DNA from: Heteronotia binoei
Taxonomy: Eukaryota
Assembly (NCBI RefSeq): GCF_032191835.1
Contig: NC_083226.1
Span: 38,130,001-38,194,000 of the forward strand
Length of the DNA stretch: 64,000 nucleotides
Direction of reading: 5' to 3'
The notes beneath the pieces were generated by a model, which saw only the letters and a program-made list of their open reading frames with translations, ran no database searches and was not told the DNA's origin. The position numbers and the translations under genes were made by a program. Positions 9,456 through 22,631 of this stretch are shown here, one piece after another. How positions within the stretch are numbered: position 1 is the first letter of the stretch; every line of letters starts with the position of its first letter.

Positions 9456-12400
9456 GGTGTTTTAGAATAACCATTATTTTGGCACCATGTTACATGTGTG
9501 AGTCTTCATTCTGAGGCAAAAAATTATGGAAAAGATCAGAGAATGATGTGAGAAGCGGAGCTTAAATTTCTTATAAAACCCTTCGGGGAATCCTTTGAGG
9601 CACATCTTGTTAATTTCCCCAGATCATTCTTAAATCAGCCTGGAGCTGGTTTCAGGAGGGGCAGAATTCTGACCTCGCCCCAGGCATGGAAATAACTAGA
9701 TACAATCCTGAATTACATCAATATATAGAAGGTTGGGTTTTTTTTTTAACACACTATGGTGTTTCACTTCAAGATGTCCCCTAAGAACTGAGTCCAGCCT
9801 CTTCCCTGTCTTAATGCAATGAGTGTCTAGTTTGTTGGGGGGGAGGAAATGATTTTACATGTACAGGATGAGCTCCAATCTACTGCATTTCTCTTCCCTG
9901 ATGCCTTTGTGATATATGCAGATTGCCTGCAATTTTTTACCATCTGGTCTCTGCTCTCCCATCCCACTGCTTCTCTAAGCAGGGAAAGAGGTAGGAGGAA
10001 ATGCTTTTGTCCATCCAGGAGACTTACTTAATACATTATAAAGCAAACTGAATTTTACTTGGAAGGGCGGGGGGGAGGCAGGCTATCAATCTCATGGGCT
10101 CAGGGGAAATACTAAGGAACCTATTCCATTTTTAAAAGATCAAGACCAGCCTCAAGGATCCTTCCTCAGTCTTATCATATCCTGCTGGGAATTCTCCTAT
10201 GATTCTCAGGTCAGATGGGGCAAGGCTGTTGGGAGCAGAAAGCTGAACTTCTAAGACAGCCTGTCCTTTTTGTTCTAATTAAAGAAGAACAATTGAAATC
10301 TTTAAAGAAAGCTAAGCTAGGTTTCTCTACAATTGCACAGTACACGTACTGCAGAAATGGGAGATGCCACTTTTCTGGACCACTAGTCACATTTCTCATT
10401 GCAATGCACATTTAAATGTTTTGCCCCAAAACAGGGGTAAGTTCTTAGATGCAGAAAAGCAATGTAACTGGGAAACAGTCTCTGGGCCAGCTTTCTGAGT
10501 GCAGGAAGTTCCCCACTTCCATGGGATTGTGTTCTGATACAAAATCAGTACACTTGTTTTGCATGAACAAGAACTGAGAATGTCTCTTAATGGACCAGCT
10601 CATTCCTGACCAAGTTGCTAGAAAGTGGTTCCTATGTTCCAGAAGGCACTCAGGGCCTAAAATTATACTGCTCCTAAAGCAGCATTCCCCAATGTGGTGC
10701 CCAACCAAGGTACCCACCAATATTTCCCTTGGCATCCACCATGTTTTTAAGAAACTGAGTGAGGCCACTGTCACACATCCCTCATTCAAACAAAAGAGTT
10801 TTCCACCAGAGGATGGAGAAGAGTGGTAAACAACTGGGCTTTCCTTAGTGTATTGCTTCATTCCTCACAAAGGACTTCCTTCTTCCCAGGAGGTGTGAGG
10901 AAGGAAGATATTCTATTTGAATCCACCTCCTGAGGCAGCCATTTTGGGTATGGCTCCCTGTCTCGTTGCAGCAATTGAGGGGTGGCACTTGCTAAATTGT
11001 TAATCTAGTGTTATTAATATGTTATATTCATTTCCCCCCCCCCCCCATTCATAGAGCCTGTAGCTGTGCACATATAATTCCTAGGCAATCAGTCAATCAG
11101 GTAGTATCTAGGAGCACTTCCCCCATGTTATGTTTTCTGGTTATCACATTGTTTTCTGTGTGAACAATGCAGGAAGGTTGTCTTGTCTTGTCATATAAAG
11201 AGCTGTCTTGTTATATAAAAACCTGGCTGAACTGAAATGTTTTGGCCTGGTACCTAAAGAAAAGCAATGTAGATGGTGAGAGGTGTGCCTCAACAGGAAG
11301 GACATCACATAAGCAAGGTGCCACTACTGAAAAAACCCTATCTCTGGTTGCTACCTACCTCATCTCTGAGGGACTCTCACAGAGAGCTGTGAATGTGAGG
11401 TAGGGCTGAACAACACTGGAGGAAATAGCCCTTCAGGTACCTTGGCCCCAAGCTGTTTAGGACTTTAAATGTAAGAATCTACACTTTCAATTGTACTTGA
11501 AAACGACGGGGCAGCCAGTGCAAGTTTTCTAGCACTAGGATGAAATGATCCCTTTATCTCACCTTGACAATAGCCTGGCTGCTGCATTTGGAAAAGCTAA
11601 ATTTTCCAAACTGTTGTCAAAGGCAGCCCTTCATAAAGTGCCTTATAGTAATCTAACCATGAAGTAATTAGAGCATGGATCTGTGGCCAAATTATGCTTT
11701 TCAAGGAACAGCCATACTTGCTGTCGCAGTTGAAAATGATAAAAGGTACTAAATGTCACAGAGGAGATTGGACCAGGGGGTCCAATTCTATGAATCCCAA
11801 AAGAAGATGCCCCCATCCTTCATTAGCAGACACCCTCTTCCCATTTTCTGATAACCCTGGAGCAGGCAGAGGGCCTCCATACCAGGGGAACCCCTGCCCC
11901 CCCAACCAGGGATTGGCAACCCTATATCACCACTGAGAGCTGCAGTTAACTTATCTAATGAAGTTATCATGAAGACAAAATGGGACAGTCAGAAACCCAT
12001 ATATACTGTCCTGAGCAGTGAAAGGCAGAATATAACTGGAATAAAAATACTAATGTTTGAAAGTAAAGTGGCCCATGATACATGGTTCCTTGAGATCCTG
12101 AGGGAAAGTGGGAACAAAGAATAGAAAGAAACAAAATTTCACTCAAAAGGGACTTAAAAGAAAGTGTTAACTGTATACGTACTGAATTTATGCCACCTTG
12201 ATAAGTCAAAATCCCTGCTGGCTGACTAGGACCAATCAGTGAGCTGCCCATAAAAAAAACAAAAGTGCCCTATTGAGTATGGGGTGGGGGGCTGTACTCT
12301 GCAAACATTTTGGGGCTCCCTAAAGCAGACTTTAGCCACATTTTCTCTCTGGCAACAGCCACATGGGATAATGAGAATCCCCAAAGGAATTCACACGCCT

Positions 12401-13730
12401 GCAGTCTATTCCAACTACTGTCAATTACACACCCTATGCCTAAAACCAGAATGGTGTGTACTCTACTTTCAAAATTCTGTGACACATAACTCTGGGACCT
12501 GAATAAATTATGCAAATCAAATATGCCTTCTTGGACAGAACTTTGTTAAGGACTAGAAACTTGCTTTTTTATATAAAAAATGAAATTTGAGATTGTCAGG
12601 AACTCTGAAACTGGTTTCAATTCCCTTAGGGTCTTTGCAGCTTCCGCTGTACAGAGGTTAACTTATTCTGCAGACTGACTAACCTATAAATACAATTGCA
12701 CTTTTTGCTCCAGCCTGAAGCCCAGTCATATCCCATTCTTGCCACAACAGCCACTACCTTCTGAGCTGCAGGAAATTAAATTTTTATTAAAATCAGTGAA
12801 GGGAACACAGTAGGCTCAGTTTCGCACCAGGGAACTTCAGATAACTCCAGATAATTCGATAACATTCAGGTGGCATGCAGACGTCACATTTAACCACAGT
12901 TAAAGGAAAATATGCAGATACCCTGCTTGTTGCAGGCACCGTATTACTTGTCCCCACTCTTCTTCACAGACTGAGAACTGGTTTATGCATTTTTCTTCTT
13001 CTCACTAACCACAATCCTAAATCAGGGTTTAAGCCAGGCTCAAGAGATCTAGTTTCTTTTATAGTAATATATGTCTATCTTGATCAGATGCATCTTGATA
13101 CATAAATTATTGCCATAATTTTAATTCTACATCAATCCTGACCAGATATATCTTTTATAATTAGTCAGCAGGTTTTGATACATCTATATAGTTTTACGTC
13201 CTTCTATATTTTATTATATGCATGTATTTGTGCTTGTATTAACCTGTTTCCATAAGTTTTTACATGCATATTCATATTTATTTGTATACTTCAAAATTAA
13301 TAAAATATTAAATGAAAAGAGTTCTAGTTACTAAGGGGAAACTATCTCCTGTTAACACATGTGCTTACATTCATACATCACAAGCAAACAAAGTTAGCAT
13401 TTAAGCTACAATTTTTGGTGTGTGGAGAGCCTGGGGAGGAATGAGGTATCCATGTGAGCCCTGCAATAAGCTTGGTTTGTGCATGTTAACTATGTTTAAA
13501 CACAGTCCTATTAAAGTAGACCAGATAATCAAGTTGTTCATGATGAGAAGTGTTACAAGGATGCCAACAGTAAATACAAGCTGGGAGCCCGCAAGGAATT
13601 GTGGGAGCAGAAAGCAATCTCCCAAAGCAAAGCTTTGGAGGGGCTTTTTTGGTTTCTTTTTTTAGTTAATTTACAATGCCTTGTTTTCCTTCCATACCAG
13701 GGAAGTTTACAAAAATGTAGAACTCCTTAC

Positions 13731-13759
13731 CTTGCTTGTGGGAGGCCTGCAGCTCAATC
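13731..13759 (-). other. Candidate 29-nt exon of a minus-strand transcript
   Basis: Minus strand reads 'tgactgtttAG|GATTGAGCTGCAGGCCTCCCACAAGCAAG|GTAAGG', with a strong donor. Unverified. Confidence 0.3.
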
Positions 13760-13953
13760 CTAAACAGTCACACACAAATTATCAAGAAGAACCTCTCTCC
13801 TTGATAATTTACCAAAAAGTAAGACTAGACTCTCCCCATTATGAAAAGGAGGGTGGCATCTTAAATGTGTACACAAGATACAGTTACCGGTATGTAAAGT
13901 ATTTTTCTTTTCTTTTCTTTTTTTTTAAAGTTTTAGCATAAGCTTCTTAGGGG

Positions 13954-14162
13954 AATCATATGAAACTGCCTTATACTGAATGAGACCCTTGGTCCATCAA
14001 AGTCAGTATTGTCTTCTCAGACTGGCAGCGGCTCTCCAGGGTCTCAAGCTGAGGTTTTTCACACCTGTTTGCCTGGACCCTTTTTTTGGAGATGCCGGGG
14101 ATTGAACCTGGGACCTTCTGCTTCCCAAGCAGATGCTCTACCACTGAGCCACCGTCCCTCCC
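13954..14162 (-). mobile_element. tRNA-derived SINE with CR1-like tail
   Basis: A/B boxes (rc GGTGGCTCAGTGGTAGAGC...GGTTCAATCCC). Near-identical to 43932-44149 and 55113-55325. Confidence 0.88.
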
Positions 14163-14913
14163 TCATCTTACATTCAGGGTTGTCTTCCTTTGGGGCATAT
14201 GCAGTAGCATTTGCATCATTCTTCAAAGCCGACCACATCAGGACCTCATTTTAAGATAAAATGTGAATAAATGTTCTAAAGTGGAGTTTGGATTCTATTC
14301 TCAGTTTTCACTTGGTGGCCATCTTTGAAAATTGGCAGAATTTTTCTAAGATTACATCAACACATCATTAAATATTGTGCTATTGTGGGACTGTTAGCTA
14401 CCATTTAATCCCCCAGATTGTCTTATTCACACAGGAAAATCTGGTTGTGAAAAATATGGAAGTCCTGAATTTCAGGCTGCGACCCTGTTCTGGACCTCCA
14501 GTGCTGTCATATCCTTTTAGGGAACCCACACATGATGTCTAAAACACCACAGCTTATTACAGATGGGGCATTCATTCTGATGACCTTTGCTTCGATAGAG
14601 CACTGAACACAACAGAGAATGGTGTTTCACCTTCTAGCCTACTGCCACAGAGGCTCTATTGTGGCTGAAAATTGTTCACATGTATAGTCTGGGCATCAAA
14701 TACCTATACAAAACATACAGTTCTGTGAGACAATGTTAACCTTTATAGAGCAGCAGTCAAATATTCCTTCAATCTTAAACCCAATGGGAGATTTACGAGA
14801 AAAGAAAGATGCTATCCCCTTGCTCATCTATGTGCAATGCTCTTTAATTCAAGCAAATGCTGTATTTCAGATCCAGGGAAGAATATGTCCTGTTAGTGGA
14901 GCATGGTCTACAG

Positions 14914-15471
14914 AGGGCCAGATCTGACATAAATGAGACTTTGTTGGGCCGGACCATGAGCATCATAAAATGTAATGCCAGGTAGCAGAGATATAAACTT
15001 TATAAAAGACAAACACAAACACAATTAAAGGTGTTTAACCAACATTAGCACTGGTTGGTCTTCAAGGCTTCAAAGGAAGCTCTGGCTGTTTCCTTCCATC
15101 CCCAGGGGACCAGGAGGGGGAAGAGCTTCAGCCAACAGAAGGAAGAGAGGCTTGACTCTCTGAACACAACGGAGAATGGTGTTTCACCTTCTAGCCTACT
15201 GCCACAGAGGCTCTATTGCTACGCGAGTGAAAGAGCCTGGTGAAGCAAGCTCTCCCTCCCTCCCCAATGGAGGAGCCTCAGCCAATGGGAAAAATAGAGG
15301 TTTTGCTCTACACCTTCAGTGTGATCAAGCAAGCCTTGCAAAGCAAGCTGATATGCATAAGGAAGCAAGATATTCGGAGAAGGAAGCAGATGACAGCCAG
15401 TTGCTTGGGGACCCAACAGGAGCTCCCGGGGTCCTGATTCAGCTCCCAGGCCACATGTTTGACACCCCTTG
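14914..15471 (-). mobile_element. hAT (Charlie-like) non-autonomous element, truncated
   Basis: Ends 'ggccacatgtttgacacccctt', the rc of a CAGGGGTGTCAAAC-type terminus. Contains a repeated 'gcctcagccaat' module. Confidence 0.6.
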
Positions 15472-16117
15472 TCTACCATGTACACTAAAGGGTACATGGA
15501 AATATGAAAAAGAAAACAGGCAACAGCTAAATTATCTAGAACCCTTCCAAACCACTTTCCCTTCAACAACTTCCCTTGATTCCAGTCCCCTTCTAATTGG
15601 AAGGGTTATCCACATGTCTTCCTTGCCAGGGGTCAGGGGTCAAAGGGCATTGCCCTGGGGGCCCACCTACTGAATGTGTAGTAGGCCCTTTCTGAGGCAC
15701 ACAAGGGATGCAGCCATGCATTCCTAATAAGGTCTAGCCCTAGCCTTAGGGACAAACTACACACTGCTATTTGTAACATGTGGTGTACCCAACCTGATTG
15801 TGACACACCTAAGTTGCCAGGGAACTTTTCCTGAGCATCTAGAGTGTCTCAAGTCAGGAAAAAAGCACAAGTGGAAAAGCTAAAACCCCTTCTTCGCCAG
15901 CACCATGGTCCCAATCCAAATCCAGCCCATTTTGGAAACAAGTTCCCTTACACCTGACATGTGCTGTTGAGTTGGGGGAACCCAGAGACTACACATTACA
16001 AAACATAACATATAGTTTGGCCGTTATATGCTAAAATTGCTGTAATTCACACAGAATCACTTCGGTGACATATATGAAATACTCTCTCCTATCAAAAGTC
16101 AGGGGAGGGAAGGTGAC

Positions 16118-16280
16118 ATGGTATAGCCAGATCCTGCCAGATCTCAGAAGCTAAGCAGGGATGGTACTTGGATGGGAGAGGAAGGCAACGGAAAACCTCC
16201 TCTGCTTCTCACTTGCCTTGAAAGCCCTTTGCTGAGGTGACTATGTCAGCTGTGTCTTGGCAGCACTTTCCAGACACACA
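16118..16280 (+). mobile_element. 5S rRNA-derived SINE
   Basis: 'agatctcagaagctaagcaggg...gtacttggatgggaga' is 5S-like and is followed by a 'ggaaggcaacggaaaacc...cacttgccttgaaagccc' tail. Confidence 0.75.
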
Positions 16281-17899
16281 GGCTAGCAGTTAGAACTCCC
16301 AATTCTCCTCATTCTTTAAAGAGCTTCAGTGTTAACCACTTTCATTCTGTAACACCCACAAAACAGGATTAAAACCGAACCACTCCTTTCTATCCAACAA
16401 TACTGTACTCATTTAAAATGAGGTGTACAGAGCATGCTCTCTTGGCTCTACCAGTTCTTCCTAAAACCTCAGAAATAATTTACTCCACGTCTGGGAACTG
16501 TTCAGATATGAAACACCTCTTTTCCACTATTGGTTGAATCTCACTATGGTAACAAAAATCTAAAGGGATGATTTGCATATTAAGCCTAAAATGTTCTGTG
16601 TGCACAAAAACAAAAGTGTGAACAACATCAGAGCATAACTGTTGCATTTGCAAATGTCCGAATGATACACCAATGCACACAAGGGAAGCCAGGACTGGTT
16701 TCTCCTAAGTCTGCTTCCAGTGGCAACTCCAGGTTTGCTGCTGGGTAATGTATGAAAAGGACCCTAGTTTAAGCAGCGCTGTAAAAGTGAAAACCAGAGA
16801 GAGCTTTCTAGAGATAGAGAGATTATCTAATCTCTAAAACAGACAGATGATCTAATTTTGATCCAGCTATTTTTTTTATCATTCTGAGATCTGAGAACAT
16901 CTAAGAAATAATAATCATATAAATAATAATCATATAATTGTTTATTATAATCTAAGAATACAAAGGTTTGCCAGAGTTTAATATAAACCAAGGTTTAGTT
17001 TACAAAGAAACAAGAGAGTGCTTCTCTCTCACCACTGAGGATCGTAATTAGTTCTCATTCATATGAATTACAAGAGAAAGGGGTTTGCAGGTCAGAGGTT
17101 GTAACTTCCAGACTGCCTTGAACTGTGACACCTCTCATTATAGAAATGACACTCTTGTGCCTGTGGAAAGGCTGGTTGCTTTCTTAGCTCTTTTCCATGG
17201 AAACATTAACAGGATCAATCAGCAGCACAATAGTCTCCCAATATACAACAAGGGGTAGGGGGGGGCAGTGGAATCTTAGAAAATCTGGTGGACATACCAA
17301 TTGCATGTTAAGTGCCTCCACCTAAAATCTCTAATGTATTTATTGCCAGATCTTCAACCTTCACTACAGCGACTCCTTTTCAATGGTCATCCATGCTCCA
17401 AACTTCACCTTGCCTGCCAGTAGCACATGCCTAGTGAAAACGCTTCCGAATGCGCAAGGACGAATCTCTGTTTCTCCCATGCGTTTCTCACAGGGTCACT
17501 TTTAATTTGGTGAAGGTACAAGGTGGAGACAACAGCAGATCAACGGCAACTTGCATGCGGTCTTGCAGCTGCATGCCGGCCACCACACAGAAAACCAGAG
17601 AGAGCAACACACCCACTCACAAGGACACTGATGCGCAACGGCGCCTTAGCAGCGCCCAGCCATAGAATAACTCCAACTCCGGAATTACATACACAGCCAA
17701 ACTTTATTTCTCTGGACCTCTCCTCACTGACAGCGCTTCCCCCCACGTTTCTCATTTTCAGACACAATCTCAGCTGCCTTCTTTTTTCAGCCTTTATATG
17801 GTAGCTGAAAACCGGTCCTCGCTGAAAGATGCAGACAGTTCAAGGGGTCCAACCGTGCACACAAAGAAATCACAAGGAAACCCCAAATGCCTCCAGAAA

Positions 17900-19450
17900 A
17901 CACTCTCACCTCCACCCACGCAGGAAAAGGGAAAGCAGCCCAGGCAGCAGGATCTGACCCTCAAGCACAAGAGAGGGAGCGAGGCACACGAATGTGGGTC
18001 CCCTTTACGAAACGCACCCAGCACTCCAAAGAGACCACCCCACCGCCACATGCAAGCGCATGGCAAACATGTCCATGCGCCCTGCGTGCCGGAGAAGACA
18101 CACACCCACACAATTCCACGCTGCCCCTCGCAAGGAATGCCTCTGCAGACCTCAACATGTGCTCTCGGGGGTTCTCCTGCTTTGATTTCTGCATAGCTAC
18201 GAAAGCGGGGAGGTTACTGCACATTTCCGCGGGACTAACCCACCCACCCCCAAACCCAGCATATCCAGAACTGGCGTTCCAAACCAGCCGCGCAGTTTAC
18301 CCCTCCTCCCCGCCCCCGCAACCTGTCTCCATAAAGCACCCCTCATGTTTCAAAGCCAACCCTCCACATCCCCAGTTCTCCTCAAAGGTGTCCCCCGCCA
18401 CTAAGGGGGGGGGGGAGAGATCCTTCGCCTCACCCCCTCCTGGCTTCCTCCTCCTTCCTGCAGCGAGGCTATCCAAGCTAGGAGTAGCAATATCCACTCA
18501 GGCTGCCGCCGGGGGCCACCATCTCCATCCAGTGCATGATGCGCTCCGTCGAATGGGGGTGGGGAGGGGGTCTGAAAGAGAAAGCGAGAGGAGCGCGAGC
18601 CCACGACGAGCCGCGGCGGCGATCCCCTCCTCCTCCTCCTCCTCGCCTTCCCCCCCAATCCTCGCCTCGACCTCTTCCCTCGTCCACAAGGTCCAGGCTC
18701 GTCTATTTGTTCCGCGGGAAGGAGCGAGGGAAGGGGGTTGCCGCGGCTGACGATGCTGACGAGAGGTGGGGAAGGGAGGGGGAGATCGCGCAGGCGCAGG
18801 GCAGGGGGGACACTCAGCGCCGGCTCCCTCGCGCTTCCCGGCTGGTGTGTCCTGCGAGCAGGCACCGAGCTGCCCTATAGGGGAAGGGGGAGTGGCGTGG
18901 CGAGCCGAGGCTGGAGGGTCTGGGTAGGGGGCTTGGCGCAGCCGTCTCTCTCTCGCTCCCCTTAGCCCCCAGGCTCGGCTTGCATGGATCTCGCTTGGAA
19001 CCTCAGGCGCTGCTCTCCGTCGTGCCAAGCCGAGCAACGCGCTGCTGCTGTCTGTTGCAAGGTGCCCCCCCCCCCCTCCACGCTGGCTCATCCCACCGGT
19101 GCGGCCAGACCAGCGTCCTGTTACACGCCGCTCCCGCCGCCGTCCGGTTTACCGGCTTCTCTCCGGCTGTCTCCTTTGTCCGATATGAAGCGATCGGCCC
19201 TTTCCAGCTCACTTGCCCCTGGGTCTTCCTCCCCAGCAGCCCACATGGACGCGCGGCTTCAAAATACCGTGGCGTTCCCCGCCCCCCTCCCGCGGCAGTG
19301 CCTTTCCCCGGCGTGGAACCGAAATCTCGCTTTCCCTTTGGCTTCCTCTCTCTTTCGGCTCGTAGGATCTTGATCACTGACTCGGCCATCTCTGCGACAT
19401 CACCCACAGCGTGATTCGGCCTAGAAGTTCATTTCGGAGGGGGCCGCCCC
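17900..19450. promoter_or_regulatory. CpG island / probable gene promoter, possibly bidirectional
   Basis: Strong GC and CpG enrichment against the CpG-poor flanks, GGA/CCT runs, no recognisable repeat, and splice signals pointing away on both strands. Confidence 0.8.
18434..18571 (-). other. Candidate 138-nt early exon of a minus-strand gene
   Basis: Acceptor 'ctctcgctttctctttcAG|' (AG at 18573-18572) and donor 'GGGG|GTGAGG' (GT at 18433-18432). Contains the short ORF MHWMEMVAPGGSLSGYCYS*. Confidence 0.35.
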
Positions 19451-20287
19451 CGTTGGCTCGTGGCAGCAAAATTACTCAGGGGTCCACCTTAAAGACCGAG
19501 GGATTGCACTGGAACAGAATTTATTCCAGCATAAGCTTTCCGGTGAAAGACCTCAGCTACGCTGACAAACTCTGTTCCTCCCTGTTTAATTTGGCCAGAA
19601 GGATTTCTGAGCTGGGGGGTGGGTGGGGAGACCAAACACTGGGAGAACATAGGAGAAACGAGTAGAACTGGATAAATGCTTCCAAGGGCTTCCGAATTAA
19701 CCAGAAGCCCAAAGTAAGTTCATCATGGCTGCTTCCACATGGTGGTTTTGCTCTGCCATTGGCTGCCAAATGAGAGCAGTCTTTTCCAGAGGCATCTCCA
19801 CAGTGGAGTCCGTTCCTGCACTTTTCAGCTTTTCCCTTGCTGTGGTGCAGTCTTTCTCACATGTTATAGTGTGGATGCACTCCCTCCTGCTTTTACTTGC
19901 TGTCATGTGATGGGACCCACCCCAGACTTCAAAGGTCAACTGATGGCCTGAGACAAGCCATACATAGCTGGCAGCTGCAGCAAGCAGGCCAGAAGGCACC
20001 CAGAACAGGCAGGGCTGGCTCACCAACTAGACAAATTAGGCATTTGCCTAGGGCAGGGGCGGGGGTGCCGAATTGGGTTCTCCCCCCCTCTGGCACCCAA
20101 GACAAATGCCTAATTGCCCTTGGGCAGTTAGGAGGTGGCAGCGGGCAGGCCACCTCCATCCGCCCGCTCCCCCACTGGCACGCTCAGACACCAGCCTCGT
20201 GCTTACCAGCTTTGAGGGGCATCAGAACAGTGCTCTCTTAATAGAGAGCAGAATGAAGCTTTGCTCCCCGCTGCCTTCCTGTTCCAG

Positions 20288-20352
20288 AAGGGAGGGGTGA
20301 GATCGAAGCCTCTTCCTGAAAGAAGGGTCTATTACGATGCCAGCCGAAGTGG
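20288..20352 (+). other. Candidate ATG-containing exon of a plus-strand gene (encodes MPAEV, then a phase-1 intron)
   Basis: Acceptor 'ccttcctgttccAG|', ATG at 20337 with A at -3, donor 'GTGG|GTAAGC'. Protein not recognised. Confidence 0.35.
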
Positions 20353-21831
20353 GTAAGCACGAGGCTGGTGTCGCTACTCTGAGTGTGCTGGGGGTGGGGA
20401 GGGGGCGGCACTCACAATTGTGCAACACACATATAAGAATTGTACAACGCACATAAAAAGAAACACAAAATGTACACTGTACATGGACTGTACAAACTTT
20501 CATTGCAGCTTGTAACTTTCTGTAAACATTACCATTGAAGTTAATTCACATTCCATGTGGACAGGAATGGGAAGATGTGGATATGCCAATTTTGCCCTCC
20601 TTCGTAGGATTTCCCTTTTATCTTCTTTTTTGGCTGAGCAGCTCCTTTCCACATTTTCTTGGTTTTTTCTCCCCCGCCGGATGTCCCACTCAGTTATTTT
20701 GAATGCATATTGTGAGATGCTGACCTAGCACAAGGAGTTGAGAGACTAAAATCCTTCTTTTTGTCCTGGGCTGTGGTCAGACAACAGATTTCGTGCAATC
20801 TAGCCCCATCTCTAAGTAATCCAGGCTTTTTTTCAACTGAAAGTTTTTATCATACCCCACCATAAACCACTTCAGTGCACACTCACTCCATGATTGACCA
20901 GATTATGGCTGTGTGGCAACCATGGAGTGGGTGGTCAGGCAGCTTTGTTTTTTCTTCATTTGTTTTCTGAGCATGCAAACATGTGCTTATGGGAAGCAGC
21001 GCTTCAAACTCCTGGCAGGATAAGGGTGACTGATGGCCAATGGGATCACTAGAGGAGGCTGCTGGATTATGCAGTTCAGCATGGGGGAAGTGTTTTTGAA
21101 ACTATGCCTTGAAGGTTTTCTTAAGAAAAAACATAGACTTGAGAAGCTCCCATGAGAGAGAGAGGTCTTTAAACTGTAAATAATAAATGCACAAGTGGTG
21201 ATTGACCACCCAGGAACAATTATGCACTTATGCGCATGCCCCTACCTGATTTAAAGGGGGGGGGGTGGACTGGTGGGAAGGTTCACACTTCTCAACCGGC
21301 TTCTGTTTGCAATAAGGGAGTTCAGGCATCCAGAAATGCAGGATGAATATGCTGTCATTCATAAGGACTGGACTTTCCCCAGTGTCTAATAACTCCATTT
21401 GAAGTTGGATCAGAATGGGGTGTTAACAACAGGGGAATGGGAGGCAGATGTCACTTTCTAATTATGCTCTTTAAATCCAGAAGAGAACAGCAACAACTTT
21501 GGATCAACTGACTGCATCCCTGGTTCAATAATGGCACACAAAAGGCTGATGGTGGTTCAAAAATAATAAACTGGTTTATTTAATTTTGAGAGAAAATGGT
21601 TAGGTTGGAATCAGGTGTAGGACTTATGTGGTTAACAGGCAACAGGAATGAGGTAGCTTTGTATATAAATAATCACCAGATATTTTGGTAAATATATTAT
21701 TTAAACAAATACATAGAAACAAAAGAGAGGCCAGACCAAGCTGGCTTAAAAACAACTACATAGCAAGCCTGACATATCTCATAAAAAGAGCATTGACTCT
21801 TGAACATTTATACCCTGAAAATCTTAATTAG

Positions 21832-21990
21832 AATTATAGAATCACAGAGTTAGAAGCCCCCTGCTGAATGTGGGATCAGCCTAGAGCATCCCTTACAAGT
21901 GTTTGTCCACACACAGAGAACTGCACACAATATTCCAGATGTGGCCTGACCAATGTAGTATACAGCAGGGCTATGACATCTTGTGATTTG
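21832..21990 (-). mobile_element. CR1 LINE fragments
   Basis: Translates QDVIALLYTTLVRPHLEYCVQF, a CR1 ORF2 C-terminal motif, next to a 'atagaatcacagagtt' 3'-end repeat. Confidence 0.8.
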
Positions 21991-22631
21991 GTCTCTAAGT
22001 TGCTACTGGACTGAAATCTAGCTGTTCTCCTGCAGATTGTCATGGCTGCTCTCTGACACATGCCTGTTGCCCATTCACAGGTACTATAGGAGTCCTTTGA
22101 GTATGAAGATTAAAGCAGGTGCTGTGTGCAGAGAGAGTGAGCTGAACCCCATGCCCTGCCAGAGATAAAGAATGCAAACCGTAGCCAGTGCTGGCAATAA
22201 AAATGGATTTATCAAATTTCTGGGGATTTGGCATACATAGGCTGTATTCAGCTTTGTCTGTCATAAGTTATGTGAAACAATTTGATCACTTCCTATGTGC
22301 TGCATTTATCATGATGATTGTGATTTCTTCCATTTTCTGCTGCAATATTATTGCTATAATTTTAGTATTATATTCATCTAAACATTTCAAAGTGCGTAAG
22401 GACTTCTTCATTCAAGACCCTTCCCCTAGTCCTGCATATTTTTTCCTTGTTTGATTTTTTAATATAAAATAAAATAATATTTTTGTTAATAACAAAGGAG
22501 TTTGTACTGATCAATAAGGGCAAGAGTTGGCCATAGATTTAGCATTTCTCTCACAAATAATGTATAGGCCTGAAGCATATGGGAGATGTTTACCTATCTG
22601 CATGGCAGATTCAAGTCAGCCTCCATCCCAC

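Noticed and set aside
17887-19414. Several 110-290 aa ORFs on both strands
   Set aside because: Pro/Arg/Gly/Ala-rich, low-complexity frames typical of stop-poor CpG islands, with no recognisable domain.
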